Shown one piece after another: positions 25,033-37,147 of a stretch of DNA of 64,000 nucleotides. The stretch spans positions 10,168,001-10,232,000 of the forward strand of contig JBHGNT010000008.1 in NCBI GenBank assembly GCA_043228905.1. The letters are read 5' to 3'. The number at the start of each line of letters is the position of its first letter. Position 1 is the stretch's first letter. This DNA comes from Azolla caroliniana (lineage: Eukaryota; Plantae; Polypodiophyta). A program made the translations under genes and the position numbers. The notes below the pieces were generated by a model. That model was given only the letters and a program-made list of their open reading frames with translations, ran no database searches and was not told where the DNA came from.

Positions 25033-28000
25033 ATGGAACAAGTTTTGAACGCTGTTGGAGCAATCTCTCCGATCAAGACCTTTCAACTCCAATCCGCATC
25101 TCGCACACAAGCTGAGATCACTATTGAGCAATTGCTCACCACTACCTTGAATCAATTGGCCGAAATGAGGTAGGCCAATATGGCATTGGAAAAGAAATTC
25201 CAAGAATTGACTATTGAGTCCAAGAAAGAAGGCGAGCCTTCTTTCGTAGTAACACCATTCAAGGGAGATAAGAAAGAAAGAACCGAGGAGGCCATTAACA
25301 CTTGGCTTGGTTGTTGGGAGTCTCACTTTGAGCTCCACCCCAAGCTCGATGCTGTAAAAATTGGTTACGTCGGTCGTGAGTTAGGTGGCCGAGTTGCTGC
25401 TTGGTGGCACGGCCTAAGGACTGCAAAGAACTTACTCACAACTTGGGAAGGTTTCGTTGATGTTTTAAGAAATGGTTTTTGCAGCCACCTTCTCAAACTG
25501 AACAAGTGCAACACTTGCTCACGTTGTCGAGTAAGCCATTTACCTCTCTAGAGGATTATGTGCATCATGCTCGAACCCAGATCAAAAAATCGGGACTTAC
25601 GGGTGAGAAATGGTTTGTTGCTTGCTTTTTGAATGGTATTCCTAATGGGGATTACCATTGGATTGTCCATGACAAGGACCCCACAACTTTTGAGGAAGCC
25701 GTCAACATTGTACTTTGGTACCATAGGACTTCCAAGAAAGGCCACAATAAACCTCAGTTCGCCAAAACTCCGAATGTCAAGTTCATTGGGAAACGTAAGC
25801 AATCCAATGACACTCTTGACCACGGCTCCAAGAAACCGAACCTCTTCTGTGCATATTGCAAGAAGCGGGGCCACACAAAGGATACCTGTCATCGTCTTGA
25901 GAGGAAGTCAATGAACAACCCTCCTCAAGACAAATCTACAAGTCACACAGGTGAGTCTTTTGATGTTGTTAAAGTTCATACCAACCACTTAAGTTCATGT
26001 GAATGCACTTTTCCTTCACATTTACTTGAACCTAATGATTTACTCCAATCAGTCGGGTATATCAATGGAACACAAGCACATTTCTTGTTTGATTCCGGTA
26101 GTTCTCACAATTTTCTTAATGATCACTTTGTGTAGCAAATGGAACTCCACATAAACGCAAGTGATCATATCTATAAAGTTCACATGGCAAATGGAAGGGT
26201 TCAATACATCAGTGGCATTGTTTGTCAATTGCCAATTCAAATAGATACCTATTTGGAGAAGCTTGACTTTCATGTTTTGAAACTACAATCCACATATGTC
26301 ATTTTAGGATACCCTTGGTTTTTAATAAAAACCCTTCTTTGTCCATTGATTGGGTTAATCACTCAATCACATTTGAACTTAATAATTGTAAACATTTTAT
26401 TCAATGTTCCAAACTTCCTTCTCGTTCACTTGTGTCTTCTAAATCTTTAAGTGAGTATTCAAGTTCATTAACTTATTCGTGTGTAATTGATCCTGCGCTT
26501 CAATTTTATTATTTTAATATTAACGCCACACAATTACCACATTATGAACAACGATTACTCAAGTCTATTTTAGACGATTTTCAAGACATGTTTCCTAACG
26601 AATTGCACTTTACCACCAAAACGTAATGTGGACCATCAAATTGAACTCATTCCTAGTGTTGCTCCTGTGAGCATTCCACCTTACCGACTTAGTCGATTAG
26701 AAGAGGATGAGATCGCTAAACAACTTAAGGAATACTTGAGTATGGGCCACATTAGGTATAGTAAATCACCTTGGGGTGCGCCAGTTCTATTAGTTAAGAA
26801 GAAGGAAGGTTCATGGTGAATGTGTATCAATTATCGCCGTTTGAATAAAATGACAATTAAAAATGCATATCCGTTACGTCGTGCCGATGATTTGATTGAT
26901 TGTTTGCATGGGGCCCGATATTTTACGAAAATTGACTTACGGACAGGTTATCATCACATTCACATTGCCAAGGATGATATTCCTAAAACCGCTTTTCATA
27001 TGCGCTATGGCCATTATGAGTTTTTAGTCATGCCTTTCGGGTTAACTAATGCTCCAGCCACATTCCAACAAGAGATGAATGATGTTTTCCGAGATCAACT
27101 CGGTGATTTTGTTGTCGTATTCTTGGATGATATTTTGATATATAGCCGTACCTTGCAAGATCATGTTCAACATGTTCAATTTGTTTTGCAAAAGTTGCGT
27201 GACAACCCTTTCTATGCAAAACATTCAAAATGTGATTTTTTCCAAAAATCTATTGTGTACCTAGGACATTTAATTACGGAAAATGGTGTTGAAATTGAAC
27301 CTTCTCGTATTGAAAAGGTTAAACTTTGGCCCATTCCTCGTAATATTCGTGAACTGCGATCATTCTTAGGGTTTGTTGGATTTTTACGAAAATCAATTCG
27401 TAACTATTCCAAATTGACTACGCCATTAACTGACCTTTTAAAAGGTCATCCACGTAAGTCTGTCAAACCAATTGCATGGAATGAACAACTTGACAAATCA
27501 TTCGAGACACTCAAAGAGCATGTGTGTCTGGCTCCCACTCTTCTATTACCGAACCCTTCTAAGCCTTTCTCAATCGAAACCGATGCTAGTGATTATGCTA
27601 TTGGTGCCGTTCTTTATCAAGGCGTTCACCCTATTGCTTTTGAAAGTAAGAAGCCTGATGTTGCTCAATCTCGGTATTCAGTTCAAGAGAAAGAGTTGTT
27701 TGCGGTAATACATGCACTTAAAACAGGGACGCACTATCTCTATGGAAATAAACTTGTGGTTACAATAGACCATCAATCATTGAAGTATTTTTGTGACCAG
27801 CCAGATCTTGTTGGTCATAAAGGCCGTTGGGCTAACCTTATGCAAGATTTTGATTTTTCCATACGGTATCGCAAGGGTTCTATGAACACTGTTGCGTATG
27901 CTCTTAGTCGCATTAAAGAAGTTAACATGCTTAGCTTCACGGAAATAAAATCTGATCTTTTAGATCACCTTTGAGGGAAATACCTTGATGACAGTTATTT

Positions 28001-29430
28001 TTCGAAATACTGGACGAAAACTGAATCTGGTTTAGATGCCGATACTAGCACCCTACCCTTGAAGGCGACCTTTCACATTACAAATGGTTTGCTCTACTGT
28101 AGTGGAAATGTCTGTGTTCTAGATTTACCAAACGTAAAATAGAAAATTCTTCACGAATGTCATGATGCACCATCTACTGGTCATCCTAGAATACAACGCA
28201 CACTCGTTCTCATCTCGAGTACTTTTTTCTGGCCTAAGATGCGCTCTGACGTGCATAAATACATAACTGAATGCTTCCAATGTCAAATTAATAAGTCGGA
28301 ACGACTTAAAGCTGTTGGTCTTTTACATCCCTTAGATATTCCCAACAACAAATGGGAAAGTATCTCGATGGATTTTATTGTTAGTTTACCTCGTACATAG
28401 AGGGGTCATGATGCCATTTGTGTTATTGTTGACAGATTAACAAAATTGGCTAGATTTATTCCTACCAAAACCACGATAACTGCTCAACAATTGGCTTATC
28501 AATTTGTTGATGAGTTATTTTGTTTTTATGGATTACCAATGGATATTGTTAGTGATCGAGATTCCAAGTTTACAAGTGACTTTTGGACTCAAGTCTTTAA
28601 GAAACTAGAAACTATGTTGAGCATGAGTTCTATAGATCATCCTCAGTCTGATGGACAAACTGAACGAGTTAATGAAATTATTGAGGACATGCTTCAAGCT
28701 TATATAGCAAAAACACCTTCTAAGTGGGAGCAATACCTTCTTATATTAGAATTTACCTATAATAGCTCTAAGCATACATCCATTGGATATAGTCGTTTTA
28801 TGTTGATGTATGGTTTTTAGCCACGTGCCCCAGTTGATGTCACGATTCATCGTGATACATTAGACAATACACACAATTTTTTGCAAGAAATGAACCAAAT
28901 GTTGCATATTGCCAAAGAGAATGTCAAGATGGCTCAAGATCGTGCTCAATTTTATGCTGATCAGGATAGACGTCCTCGTGCATTTACTATTGGTCAAAAA
29001 GTTTTTTTACATGTCCCTACTAACTCTACGTCATTGTCTATGGGCAAGTGCACTAAGTTAGCCCCATGATATTGTGGCCCATTCGAAATCCTTAAGCGGG
29101 TTGGGTCATCTGCTTATCACCTTGCCTTACCCCGTAACATTGGTATTCATCTTGTTTTTCACGTTAGTCGTCTAAAACCATTTTTAGGCTCTGGTGATAA
29201 CACCATCACAATCCAAGATCTTGTAACATTAGAGGATTTTTCTTACAAACCTCATGTTCCTGAACGAATTCTTGATTCTCGTACTAAACATTTATGTTCT
29301 AAAGAGATTTGGCTATTCAAGATCAAATGGATGGATAAACCTATTGATGATGCCACATGGGAACACGAGCATACTCTTAAGGCACAATTTCCTCACTTTA
29401 TATTGCAAGAGTGCAATCTTTTGAAGTAGG
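25033..29430 (+). pseudogene. gag-pol of the Reina-like element (GAG, PR, RT, RH, INT, chromodomain), disrupted
   Basis: CAYCKKRGHTKDTC; FLFDSGSSHNF; VFLDDIL; ETDASD; HPQSDGQTER; terminal PERILD...KW..KPIDDATWE chromodomain. Multiple stops and frameshifts. Confidence 0.93.
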
Positions 29431-29436
29431 GGAGTA

Positions 29437-29908
29437 TGTTATGTACACATAACATTGGTGAGGGTAGGTCACCAATATTTACATTAGTGAAGGGTATGTT
29501 CACTAGTGTTAAAAAGGGGACTAATGATTGGATAGAAGGAATGATAGGTGCATGAACTATCATGATTTGGACAACCAATGAATTGAGAGCCTTTTAGAAA
29601 GGCATATCTATTCAAGGGGCCTAGGAAAAGGTATAAATATGAGGCTTAGCTACCCTCATAAACACATTACGTTGGAAGGTTGCTGTCTTAGACACCGGTG
29701 GTGCGGGCTAGGCTTTTGTCTCGATGATCGTGTTTATCTCTTCCAAGGTGTTAGTCATCCTAATATCCGGCGGTATGGGACGTCGGTGGTAGGTGGGCTA
29801 TGTCTAGATCATAGCTCGGGGGTGTCGGGTGGAATGGGTTCTTCTATCCATTCTATTTTCCTTCTTTTACTTTAGTTTGGTCTATTGATTAGTAATAGAC
29901 TCTTAACA
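29437..29908 (+). repeat. 3' LTR of the Reina-like element
   Basis: TG...CA, preceded by the PPT and followed by the TSD. Confidence 0.95.
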
Positions 29909-29929
29909 TTACACAAACAAGGCATGAGT

Positions 29930-30500
29930 ATTCGAACATGTTTGTGAAAAGGAGAGGTGCATGGGCAAGCCTGAATTGACCCCTAGTCACAAGGCGAACG
30001 AATGCCCGCGGGGAAGGCTTACACACAGACACACAAGGAAAAGGCTTACTTACACACACGAGAGACAAAGTTTCGAATGCCTTTGTGAAAAGAGAGCTGC
30101 ATGGGCAAAGCCCGAACGCTCCATTGTTACAAGACACGCGAACACACAAGCAAGTTTTACACACGGGTGATACAATTTCGAACGCCTTTGTGAAAGGAGA
30201 GGTGCATGGGCAAGCCCGAACACTCCCTTGCCAGAAGTCACACGAACACACAAGCAAGATTTACACTAACACGCAAGACACGAAAGTTTGAATGCCTTTG
30301 TGAAAGGAGAGGTGCATGGGCAAGCCCAAAACGCTTCCTTGTCACAAGACACACAAACAGATAGGCACAAATGACAATAACATACAAGACAAGTAAGTTT
30401 GAATGCCTTTGTGAAAGGAGAGGTGCATGGGCAAGCCCGAAACGCTCCCTTGTCACAAGACACACAAACAAATAAGCACAAACGATGATAACATATAAGA
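29930..30500. repeat. Five imperfect tandem repeats (105-141 bp) inside the solo-LTR-like element
   Basis: TTTGTGAAAGGAGAGGTGCATGGGCAAGCC core at about 29941, 30082, 30187, 30297 and 30408. Confidence 0.85.
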
Positions 30501-30743
30501 CACGTAGGTGAAACCAAACATTAGTTTATTGCAATATAATAGATTCTTTTATAAAATAAGAATCAATTTTACAACGGGTTTGATATGAATATGAGAGATA
30601 ATTTATAAAGGAAGGGGGAAGAGAGGTGGAGGAATGAAGAGAGTGGAATATAGAAGAAGGTGATTCTTTGTTGATGATGCCTCTCTATGTTGTTGATCCT
30701 TCTTCTTTTGCCTTCCAATTGAGTAGAGCTTCCGTGTTCCTTC

Positions 30744-31038
30744 TGTTGGAGAGAATGTCGTCTTTGCGGAAGATCGAGAAGCATTCAGTTCTGTTCTAAG
30801 TACCTGCGTATGACAGATTGTATGTCGTTGCACAGAGAGAGAGAGAGAGAGAGAGGGAGAAAGAGGCACAAAAGAACTTCTTATCTCATAAAGTAATAAT
30901 ACAACAACCAACCTCACAAAGAGGTTACAAGGTCACTATATATAGTGACCGACTTAGGGCAACTACCCTTTATGCTAATTACATAAATGGCCAAAACGGG
31001 ATAGTGTGAATACGTCCATTATACACATGTATTCGACA
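30744..31038 (-). repeat. 3' LTR of the intact copia
   Basis: TG...CA, adjacent PPT; 20-bp palindrome GGTCACTATATATAGTGACC around the TATA. Confidence 0.95.
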
Positions 31039-31231
31039 CTCCCCCGTAATGGGCGTATACATGGGTTATCTAAGATTACAGGTATAGACTTAGGTTCTCG
31101 GACATATCAGCTTTGTTCGAGTCGGTAGGGTCCGAAGGCAGAAGACCGAACTGGTCGGGTCGGAACAGTTGAAGCCGATCATTAAGGAACTGATGTCGGT
31201 TGTCGGGAACCATCCTGCTCTGTGTCCGGCT

Positions 31232-34200
31232 CTAACCGGACTGATTTGTCGTTACGCCCATCTGATGCCGAAGAGACCGAAAACGGTCTGCCGAGAGACA
31301 CTTGGTCATTCCATCTGCCACATTGTCGATTGTGGATATTTTCTCTAGACCGATTTTCCCTGAAATGACGCAGTCCCGAACGAAGTGATATCGAACGTCG
31401 ATATGTTTGGAGGCGTTGTGGTGAACCGGATTTTTCGACAAGGCAACAGCACCTTGACTGTCGCTGTAGACAACTGGAGCCGAGTCATGGTCGACTTGTC
31501 GAAACGTGTGCGCCAGCCGACCGAGCCACAAAGCTTCTTTTGCTGCGTCGGACGCAGCTACATATTCTGCTTCGGTCGTTGAGGTCGCTGTGCACTCCTG
31601 AAGTTTCGACTTCCACGAGATTGCTCCATTGCCGAATTTGAAGCAGTATCCGGTTGTTGATTTCCGACTGTCTATACAGCCGGCGAAGTCCGAGTCGGTG
31701 TAGCCGACTACGCCTGAGGTTCGGTTCGGACCGAAAAGAATGCCATGGTCTTTTGTGCCAGCCAGATATCTGAACACATGCTTGGCTGCGTTCCAATGCG
31801 ATCGGCCAGGGTTGTGCATAAATCTGCTAACGACTCCTACGGCATGAGAGATATCAGGCCGTGTCGCGACCATTAGGTACATAAGGGAGCCGACTGCCGG
31901 TGCATACGGTACCGACTTCATATCTTCCCCCTCCGGACCGGATGTCGGGCAGTCTCGCTGAGAGAGCCGAAGATTCATGGGGAGCGGGGTTGAAGCAGAT
32001 TTGGCTGATTGCATGTTGAAGCGTTCCAAGACACGTCCGATATAGTCGGTCTGAGACAAAAAGAGATGTCGTTTATCGCGATGCCGACTAATTTTCATGC
32101 CAAGGATGTGTCGTGCCGGACCGAGGTCCTTCATGGCAAACTTCAACCGCAGTTGCCGAACGAGATCGGCAAGTTCGCTCGCGTGGCGTCCAGAAATTAG
32201 CATGTCGTCCACGTAAATGATGAGGAAGATGGGTGATCCATCTTGAGCGGTGTTGGTGAAGAGACAATGGTCCTCATCGCTTTTGGAGAAGCCGATCGAT
32301 TGGATGAAGTCGTCGAACTTCTTGTACCATTGTCGCGGTGCCTGTTTGAGGCCGTATAGACTCTTCCTGAGTCGGCAGACTAGATGTTCTTGGCCAGTTG
32401 CCACGAAGCCTTTTGGCTGCTCCATATAAATTTCCTCTTCAAGATCACCATGGAGGAATTCTGTTTTGACATCTAGCTGGATCAGCTCCAGGTTGTCGGC
32501 TGCCACGACGCCGAGTAGAAAACGAAGGGTTGTCATTTTCACCACTGGTGAAAAGATCTCGTCGAAGTCGACGCCATATTCTTGTCGGAAGCCCTTCGCA
32601 ACTAATCTGGCCTTGTACTTTGGGATGGTCGAATCAGACGTCTCTTTTAGTCGATAAACCCACTTGCAAGGAAGAGCACGTCGGTTCCTAGGTAATTCGA
32701 CCAGATCCCAAGTCTTGTTTGCCCGGATGGAGTGCATTTCTGACTCCATCGCCAGATGCCAGGTGGCGGAATCGACAGATGTCGATGCTTCTTCGTAAGA
32801 CGTCGGTTCTCCGGCGTCGGTGAAGAAAATTCCAGGAGAATACCTCTCCGGAGGTTGCGACAGTCTCTCGGATCGTCGAGGTATGATTGGGCTGGTCGCA
32901 TCGGGTATCGAGGTCGGATGGTCCGAAAGCGGATTGTCCTGCTGTGCCGAGTCGGGGTTGTCCGAGTCGGTAGCGTAAGGTTCAGCTACCCGTGAAGCTG
33001 ACCGTGTGTTAAGAGCGGGGCCTTCTTGAAGGGTCGGTACATCGGAAAATGTTACCCTTCGGACTTCGGTCGGTGTTTCGACTGATGGAGTCATAGCCGA
33101 CTCGTTGAACACAACGTCCGAACTTCGAACGATTTGTCTGCGTTCGGAGTCCCAGAGTCGGTATCCCATTTCGCCGTCTGATCCATATCCAAGGAAAATG
33201 CATTTCCTGGACCGAGGTGCAAGTTTTCGGCGATCATCTTTCGGAATAAGGGCGTACGCCTCGCATCCGAAGATCCTCAGCTTGTCGTAATTCGGCTTAC
33301 TGCCGATCCATAGTTCCTGAGGAATTTGAAGTCCTAGAGGTCTACTTGGCGACATGTTGATTATGTGTACTGCCGTGAGTAGAGCCTCTGCCCAGAAGCC
33401 ATCCGACAGTCCGGAGTGTTGGAGCATGGAAACTATCCGTTCTTGGATTGTCCGATTCATGCGTTCGGCAATCCCGTTTTGCTCCGGACTGTGTGGTGCC
33501 GTATATTCACGTCGGATGCCGCGTTGTCGGCAGAATTTGACGAATTCTTCAGATTTGAACTCTCCCCCATTGTTTGTCCGAAAACATTTCAGCTTTCGGT
33601 CGGTTTGATTTTCTACCATAGCGAGCCAATCGGTGAAGATCGAGAAGACCCGATCTTTGGTGCGAATTGGATAAGCCCACACCTTTCGAGTCGAATCGTC
33701 AATAAAAGTGACGAAGTAAGAGGCACCGCCAAGAGACTGATGCGGCATTGGGCCACAGACATCCGAATGGACTAAATCAAGAGGTCTCGTTTCTCTTGGT
33801 GCTGATGTCGGGTGTGATGCGGCTACTTGTTTGCCATACTGGCAATGCTCGCAGAATTGATGGTCGGAGAAGGAGAGTTTGGGGATGTATCCGGCTCTAG
33901 ATAGATGCGTGATGCCGGCCTTGCTGAGGTGTCCTAATCTTCTGTGCCATAGTGATGACACAGGAATATCCACCAAAAACAGGTTACCCTCTCTGAGTGT
34001 AACATGTAACGGATACAGTGAGTGTATCTTGGGTCCTCTAGCAAGCAGGAGGTTCCCCCTGTGGAGTGTCCACCCTCCCGAAGAAAAGCCGGCACGAATG
34101 CCGTCTTCATCTAGTTGTCCGACTGAGATCAATGGCCTTGAGAGCTCGGGTACATGTCGGACATTGTGGAGTACAAGGGTAGAGCCACCGGCGAGGTTGA

Positions 34201-35245
34201 GCTCTACTGTGCCGATTCCGATGATGTCACAGTGTTGCGAGTTACCGACTCGAACTGAGTCGGAGTGACGGATCGTATATTGCCGAAATTGGGATCGATG
34301 AGGAGTCACGTGAAATGACGCGCCCGAATCTAAGAGCCATGTGCTCGATTCTTCAGTCGTGAGTAGAACTTCTGATCCGACTGGATTTTCGATTGATAGT
34401 ATATTCGGGTCGTCCGGTAGTACATCAGCTGAGAAGCTGACGTAATTGATCTCCTCATGCCGGCCACTCTTCTTGTTGGTTTTGTTCTTGAGTGCGCGGC
34501 AGTCGGCTTTGATGTGTCCGGGTTTCTTGCAATAGTTGCAGATTCGGTTATCCCGTGACTGGCTCCGTCTTCGCTGATTGTTCGGCGGTCGTGAGGAATC
34601 TCTTCCTCGTATGTTCGATCGGTCTGTCGAACCTTGTACTACATAAGCGTCGTCTGTTGAGTCTTTGGCGAAAGACTTTCTCCGAGCTGCTTCGGTCAGG
34701 ATTGCGCTCGTGACTTCGGAGTATTTAACAGCCGTGGTTGACGCGTTGCACACGGTTGTGACGAAAGTTTCCCATGATGAGGGAAGGCTGCTCATGAGTA
34801 TCATTGCTCTGAGCTCATCCTCGATTGCCGTCCCCTGTGACGAGATTTGGGAGCTTATGCTTTCGTACTCATTGAGGTGTGCTTGAACCGAATCAGACTC
34901 TTTCATCCGCAAGTTGTAGAGGCGCCGGATCAGAAACATCTTTGTTGCGGCGACCTTCTTTTCGTAAGTGTCCGACAGTGTTTTCCACAGTTCGAATGCT
35001 GTCGTACACGATTGCACCGTAAAATATACCGATTCCGATAGGTGCATCCGAATCGTGGCGCGGACGATTCTGTCCAGCTTCTGCCACTCGATTGGTTTGT
35101 ATCCTTCTGGAGGTTCTTCATTTTCGATGGGATCGATTTGCCCCTTGACTATGAGATAGTCCTGCATTTGTTCCTTCCAGAAGTTGAAGTTCGATCCATC
35201 GAACTTGCGTAGACTCATTTCTGACGAGCCGGATGTTGATGCCAT
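31232..35245 (-). CDS. Copia gag-pol polyprotein, 1337 aa (GAG-ZnF-PR-INT-RT-RH)
   Basis: CNYCKKPGHIKADC; WLLDSGAS; VHSDVCGP; QNGIAERMN; YVDDML; YTDSDFAG; KHIDVRYHFVRD. ATG at 35243-45. Confidence 0.97.
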   Translation of the reverse strand: MASTSGSSEMSLRKFDGSNFNFWKEQMQDYLIVKGQIDPIENEEPPEGYKPIEWQKLDRIVRATIRMHLSESVYFTVQSCTTAFELWKTLSDTYEKKVAATKMFLIRRLYNLRMKESDSVQAHLNEYESISSQISSQGTAIEDELRAMILMSSLPSSWETFVTTVCNASTTAVKYSEVTSAILTEAARRKSFAKDSTDDAYVVQGSTDRSNIRGRDSSRPPNNQRRRSQSRDNRICNYCKKPGHIKADCRALKNKTNKKSGRHEEINYVSFSADVLPDDPNILSIENPVGSEVLLTTEESSTWLLDSGASFHVTPHRSQFRQYTIRHSDSVRVGNSQHCDIIGIGTVELNLAGGSTLVLHNVRHVPELSRPLISVGQLDEDGIRAGFSSGGWTLHRGNLLLARGPKIHSLYPLHVTLREGNLFLVDIPVSSLWHRRLGHLSKAGITHLSRAGYIPKLSFSDHQFCEHCQYGKQVAASHPTSAPRETRPLDLVHSDVCGPMPHQSLGGASYFVTFIDDSTRKVWAYPIRTKDRVFSIFTDWLAMVENQTDRKLKCFRTNNGGEFKSEEFVKFCRQRGIRREYTAPHSPEQNGIAERMNRTIQERIVSMLQHSGLSDGFWAEALLTAVHIINMSPSRPLGLQIPQELWIGSKPNYDKLRIFGCEAYALIPKDDRRKLAPRSRKCIFLGYGSDGEMGYRLWDSERRQIVRSSDVVFNESAMTPSVETPTEVRRVTFSDVPTLQEGPALNTRSASRVAEPYATDSDNPDSAQQDNPLSDHPTSIPDATSPIIPRRSERLSQPPERYSPGIFFTDAGEPTSYEEASTSVDSATWHLAMESEMHSIRANKTWDLVELPRNRRALPCKWVYRLKETSDSTIPKYKARLVAKGFRQEYGVDFDEIFSPVVKMTTLRFLLGVVAADNLELIQLDVKTEFLHGDLEEEIYMEQPKGFVATGQEHLVCRLRKSLYGLKQAPRQWYKKFDDFIQSIGFSKSDEDHCLFTNTAQDGSPIFLIIYVDDMLISGRHASELADLVRQLRLKFAMKDLGPARHILGMKISRHRDKRHLFLSQTDYIGRVLERFNMQSAKSASTPLPMNLRLSQRDCPTSGPEGEDMKSVPYAPAVGSLMYLMVATRPDISHAVGVVSRFMHNPGRSHWNAAKHVFRYLAGTKDHGILFGPNRTSGVVGYTDSDFAGCIDSRKSTTGYCFKFGNGAISWKSKLQECTATSTTEAEYVAASDAAKEALWLGRLAHTFRQVDHDSAPVVYSDSQGAVALSKNPVHHNASKHIDVRYHFVRDCVISGKIGLEKISTIDNVADGMTKCLSADRFRSLRHQMGVTTNQSG

Positions 35246-35821
35246 CAAATTTGGTTTCGGTTGACGAAGCTCGGTTCGGAGTCGACTACGAACCTTGTTG
35301 GAGTGCAGCCGGTTGGCTCACCCGATATCGTTCTAGTCGGATTTGAACCCGAGTAGGTTCGGCTTCGGAACTTGCTCGAATTGACTTCGGTAGCTTGAGG
35401 GACAGAACCGACTGGTCTTCCCGAATGTTACCGAGTCGGAGTGAGTCCGGTTCGCTTCGGATATATATGCCGAATACCGATTATTAAAACCGATTATCTG
35501 GACCGATTCTGCTTCGGGTGGCTGCAGCGACGAGAGAGACGGATCCGACTGATCCTCCCGAATGTCGATCAGTCAGATGAAGCGCGAATTTGGGTTGTTG
35601 TCAAAGTTGCACAATGGGATTTCACCTCGAGCGGTTACGATCACAAGGAACAGAGTACAACCTGCTGGCTTACTCCAAGCAAAGATGATCTAATGCAATG
35701 AGATGCAAACCTGGTTTTTCTTCTTCTTCTCTCTTCTTCGAGTGACGCAGGAAACCGAATGCTGAGACGACGGCCGACAGCGGATTGAAGGACCGACTAC
35801 TGTGCAGGCTCTGATACCAGA

Positions 35822-36118
35822 TGTTGGAGAGAATGTCGTCTTTGCGGAAGATCGAGAAGCATTCAGTTCTGTTCTAAGTACCTGCGTATGACAGATTGTA
35901 TGTCGTTGCACAGAGAGAGAGAGAGAGAGAGAGAGGGAGAAAGAGGCACAAAAGAACTTCTTATCTCATAAAGTAATAATACAACAACCAACCTCACAAA
36001 GAGGTTACAAGGTCACTATATATAGTGACCGACTTAGGGCAACTACCCTTTATGCTAATTACATAAATGGCCAAAACGGGATAGTGTGAATACGTCCATT
36101 ATACACATGTATTCGACA
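35822..36118 (-). repeat. 5' LTR of the intact copia
   Basis: Matches 30744-31038; adjacent PBS. Confidence 0.95.
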
Positions 36119-36634
36119 CCTTCTCCCTCCCCCCCTTTTTCACTAGAATAGTCTCTTATTTATAGGTTTAGGATTGCTTGCCTTTTTCCCCTAAAAAAAA
36201 GCTTGTCTATATGAGTCGACTTTTCTTTTCCTCACTATTATTGTTTTCTAGCCCCGCATTTCACATGCAAGATATTATTGGAAAGCTCTTTGGGTTAGCT
36301 TTCTTATACATCTTTTTTTTTTTTTCTAATTTGGACATCTGACGAGGAAATTATGAGCTTTTTGCTCTATTGTGCTCCTCATATCCACGCGTGCTTTTTT
36401 TTCTCTCTCCCCATCTTTTTTTCTACTTTTGAAAACCGCCTCTAACTTAATATTCATCATTATTTATAGTAAGGTTCAATCCTTTGACCTTTTATTTATA
36501 AGGAATTATCTTTGGAAAATGAAAAAGTATTTTTGCTACCAATAAAGTTGACTTCACAATACTAGTTTATTTAAAATACTATTTTACTTCTTTTCGAGGG
36601 TGGTTTCACACTATGCTTTAGAAACATCACGACA

Positions 36635-37147
36635 ACGGTGGTGTGCAAATTTCTCTTGGAAGATGTGATGTCTGATATGGGTGTGTAGGGAAGATAGTAG
36701 TATATAGAGGGGAATTGAATGTGAATGAAGCTAGGGAACTCTTCGACCGCTCAGGAGTTAAAAGCTTTCTCTTACAACTGCGTACAATCCAAAGGAAAAT
36801 GGGTAGATAAAGCGAGGCATAGCCCGATAGTCAATGCAATTGTTAGAGCATGTACGGGGAAGGTTGGAGATTGACCTTGACTACTTACTACATGACTCCT
36901 TGTGGGCAGATAAAACCACCCATAGCTTTGGGATAGGATTTATGTCAGCCGAGCTTGTGTGTGGTCAAAAACCTATAATGCTCATTTAAGAGTCGATCAC
37001 ATCGTGGGTGTAATAAGGAGAGGTTTAACTGGGTACATCCATAATAAGATCGAAGAAGGGGATTAGGTCCTTGTTTATGACTGTAGCTTAGACAACCAAC
37101 ATAGCTCCATGAGGAAGTTTGTAAGGCGATGGTTTGGGCCATAAGTG
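36635..37147 (+). pseudogene. Ty3-type integrase, right part with GPY/F motif
   Basis: VCKFLLEDV...TTAYNP...VLVYD...RKFVRRWFGP; degenerate. Confidence 0.7.

Larger units (their letters stand above)
22993..29908 (+). mobile_element. Full-length degenerate Ty3/gypsy chromovirus (Reina-like)
   Basis: LTRs 22993-23465 and 29437-29908 (roughly 20 substitutions by eye); TSD TTACA on both sides; PBS TGGTATCAGAGC 23467 (tRNA-iMet); PPT about 29423-36. Confidence 0.95.
30744..36118 (-). mobile_element. Intact, very young Ty1/copia element (Tork/Tnt1-like)
   Basis: LTRs 30744-31038 and 35822-36118 appear identical except (GA)10 vs (GA)11; TSD CCTTC; iMet PBS 35808-19; PPT at 31039-45. Confidence 0.97.
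22889..36634 (-). mobile_element. Solo-LTR-like element of about 1.45 kb (own sequence 22889-22992, 29914-30743, 36124-36634) split by two younger retrotransposons
   Basis: 8-bp inverted termini TGTCGTGA/TCACGACA; flanks GTGG/ACGG (degenerate 4-bp TSD); removal rejoins the integrase; minus-strand CCTATAAATAA at 36156-66. Confidence 0.7.

Noticed and set aside
29930-30500. Repeat-spacer (CRISPR-like) array
   Set aside because: The intervening segments are homologous to each other, so it is a diverged tandem repeat.
31385-35159. Plus-strand and alternative-frame ORFs within the copia (mirrored at 62705-63985)
   Set aside because: They are shadows of the GC-rich gag-pol and are shared only because the copies are nearly identical.
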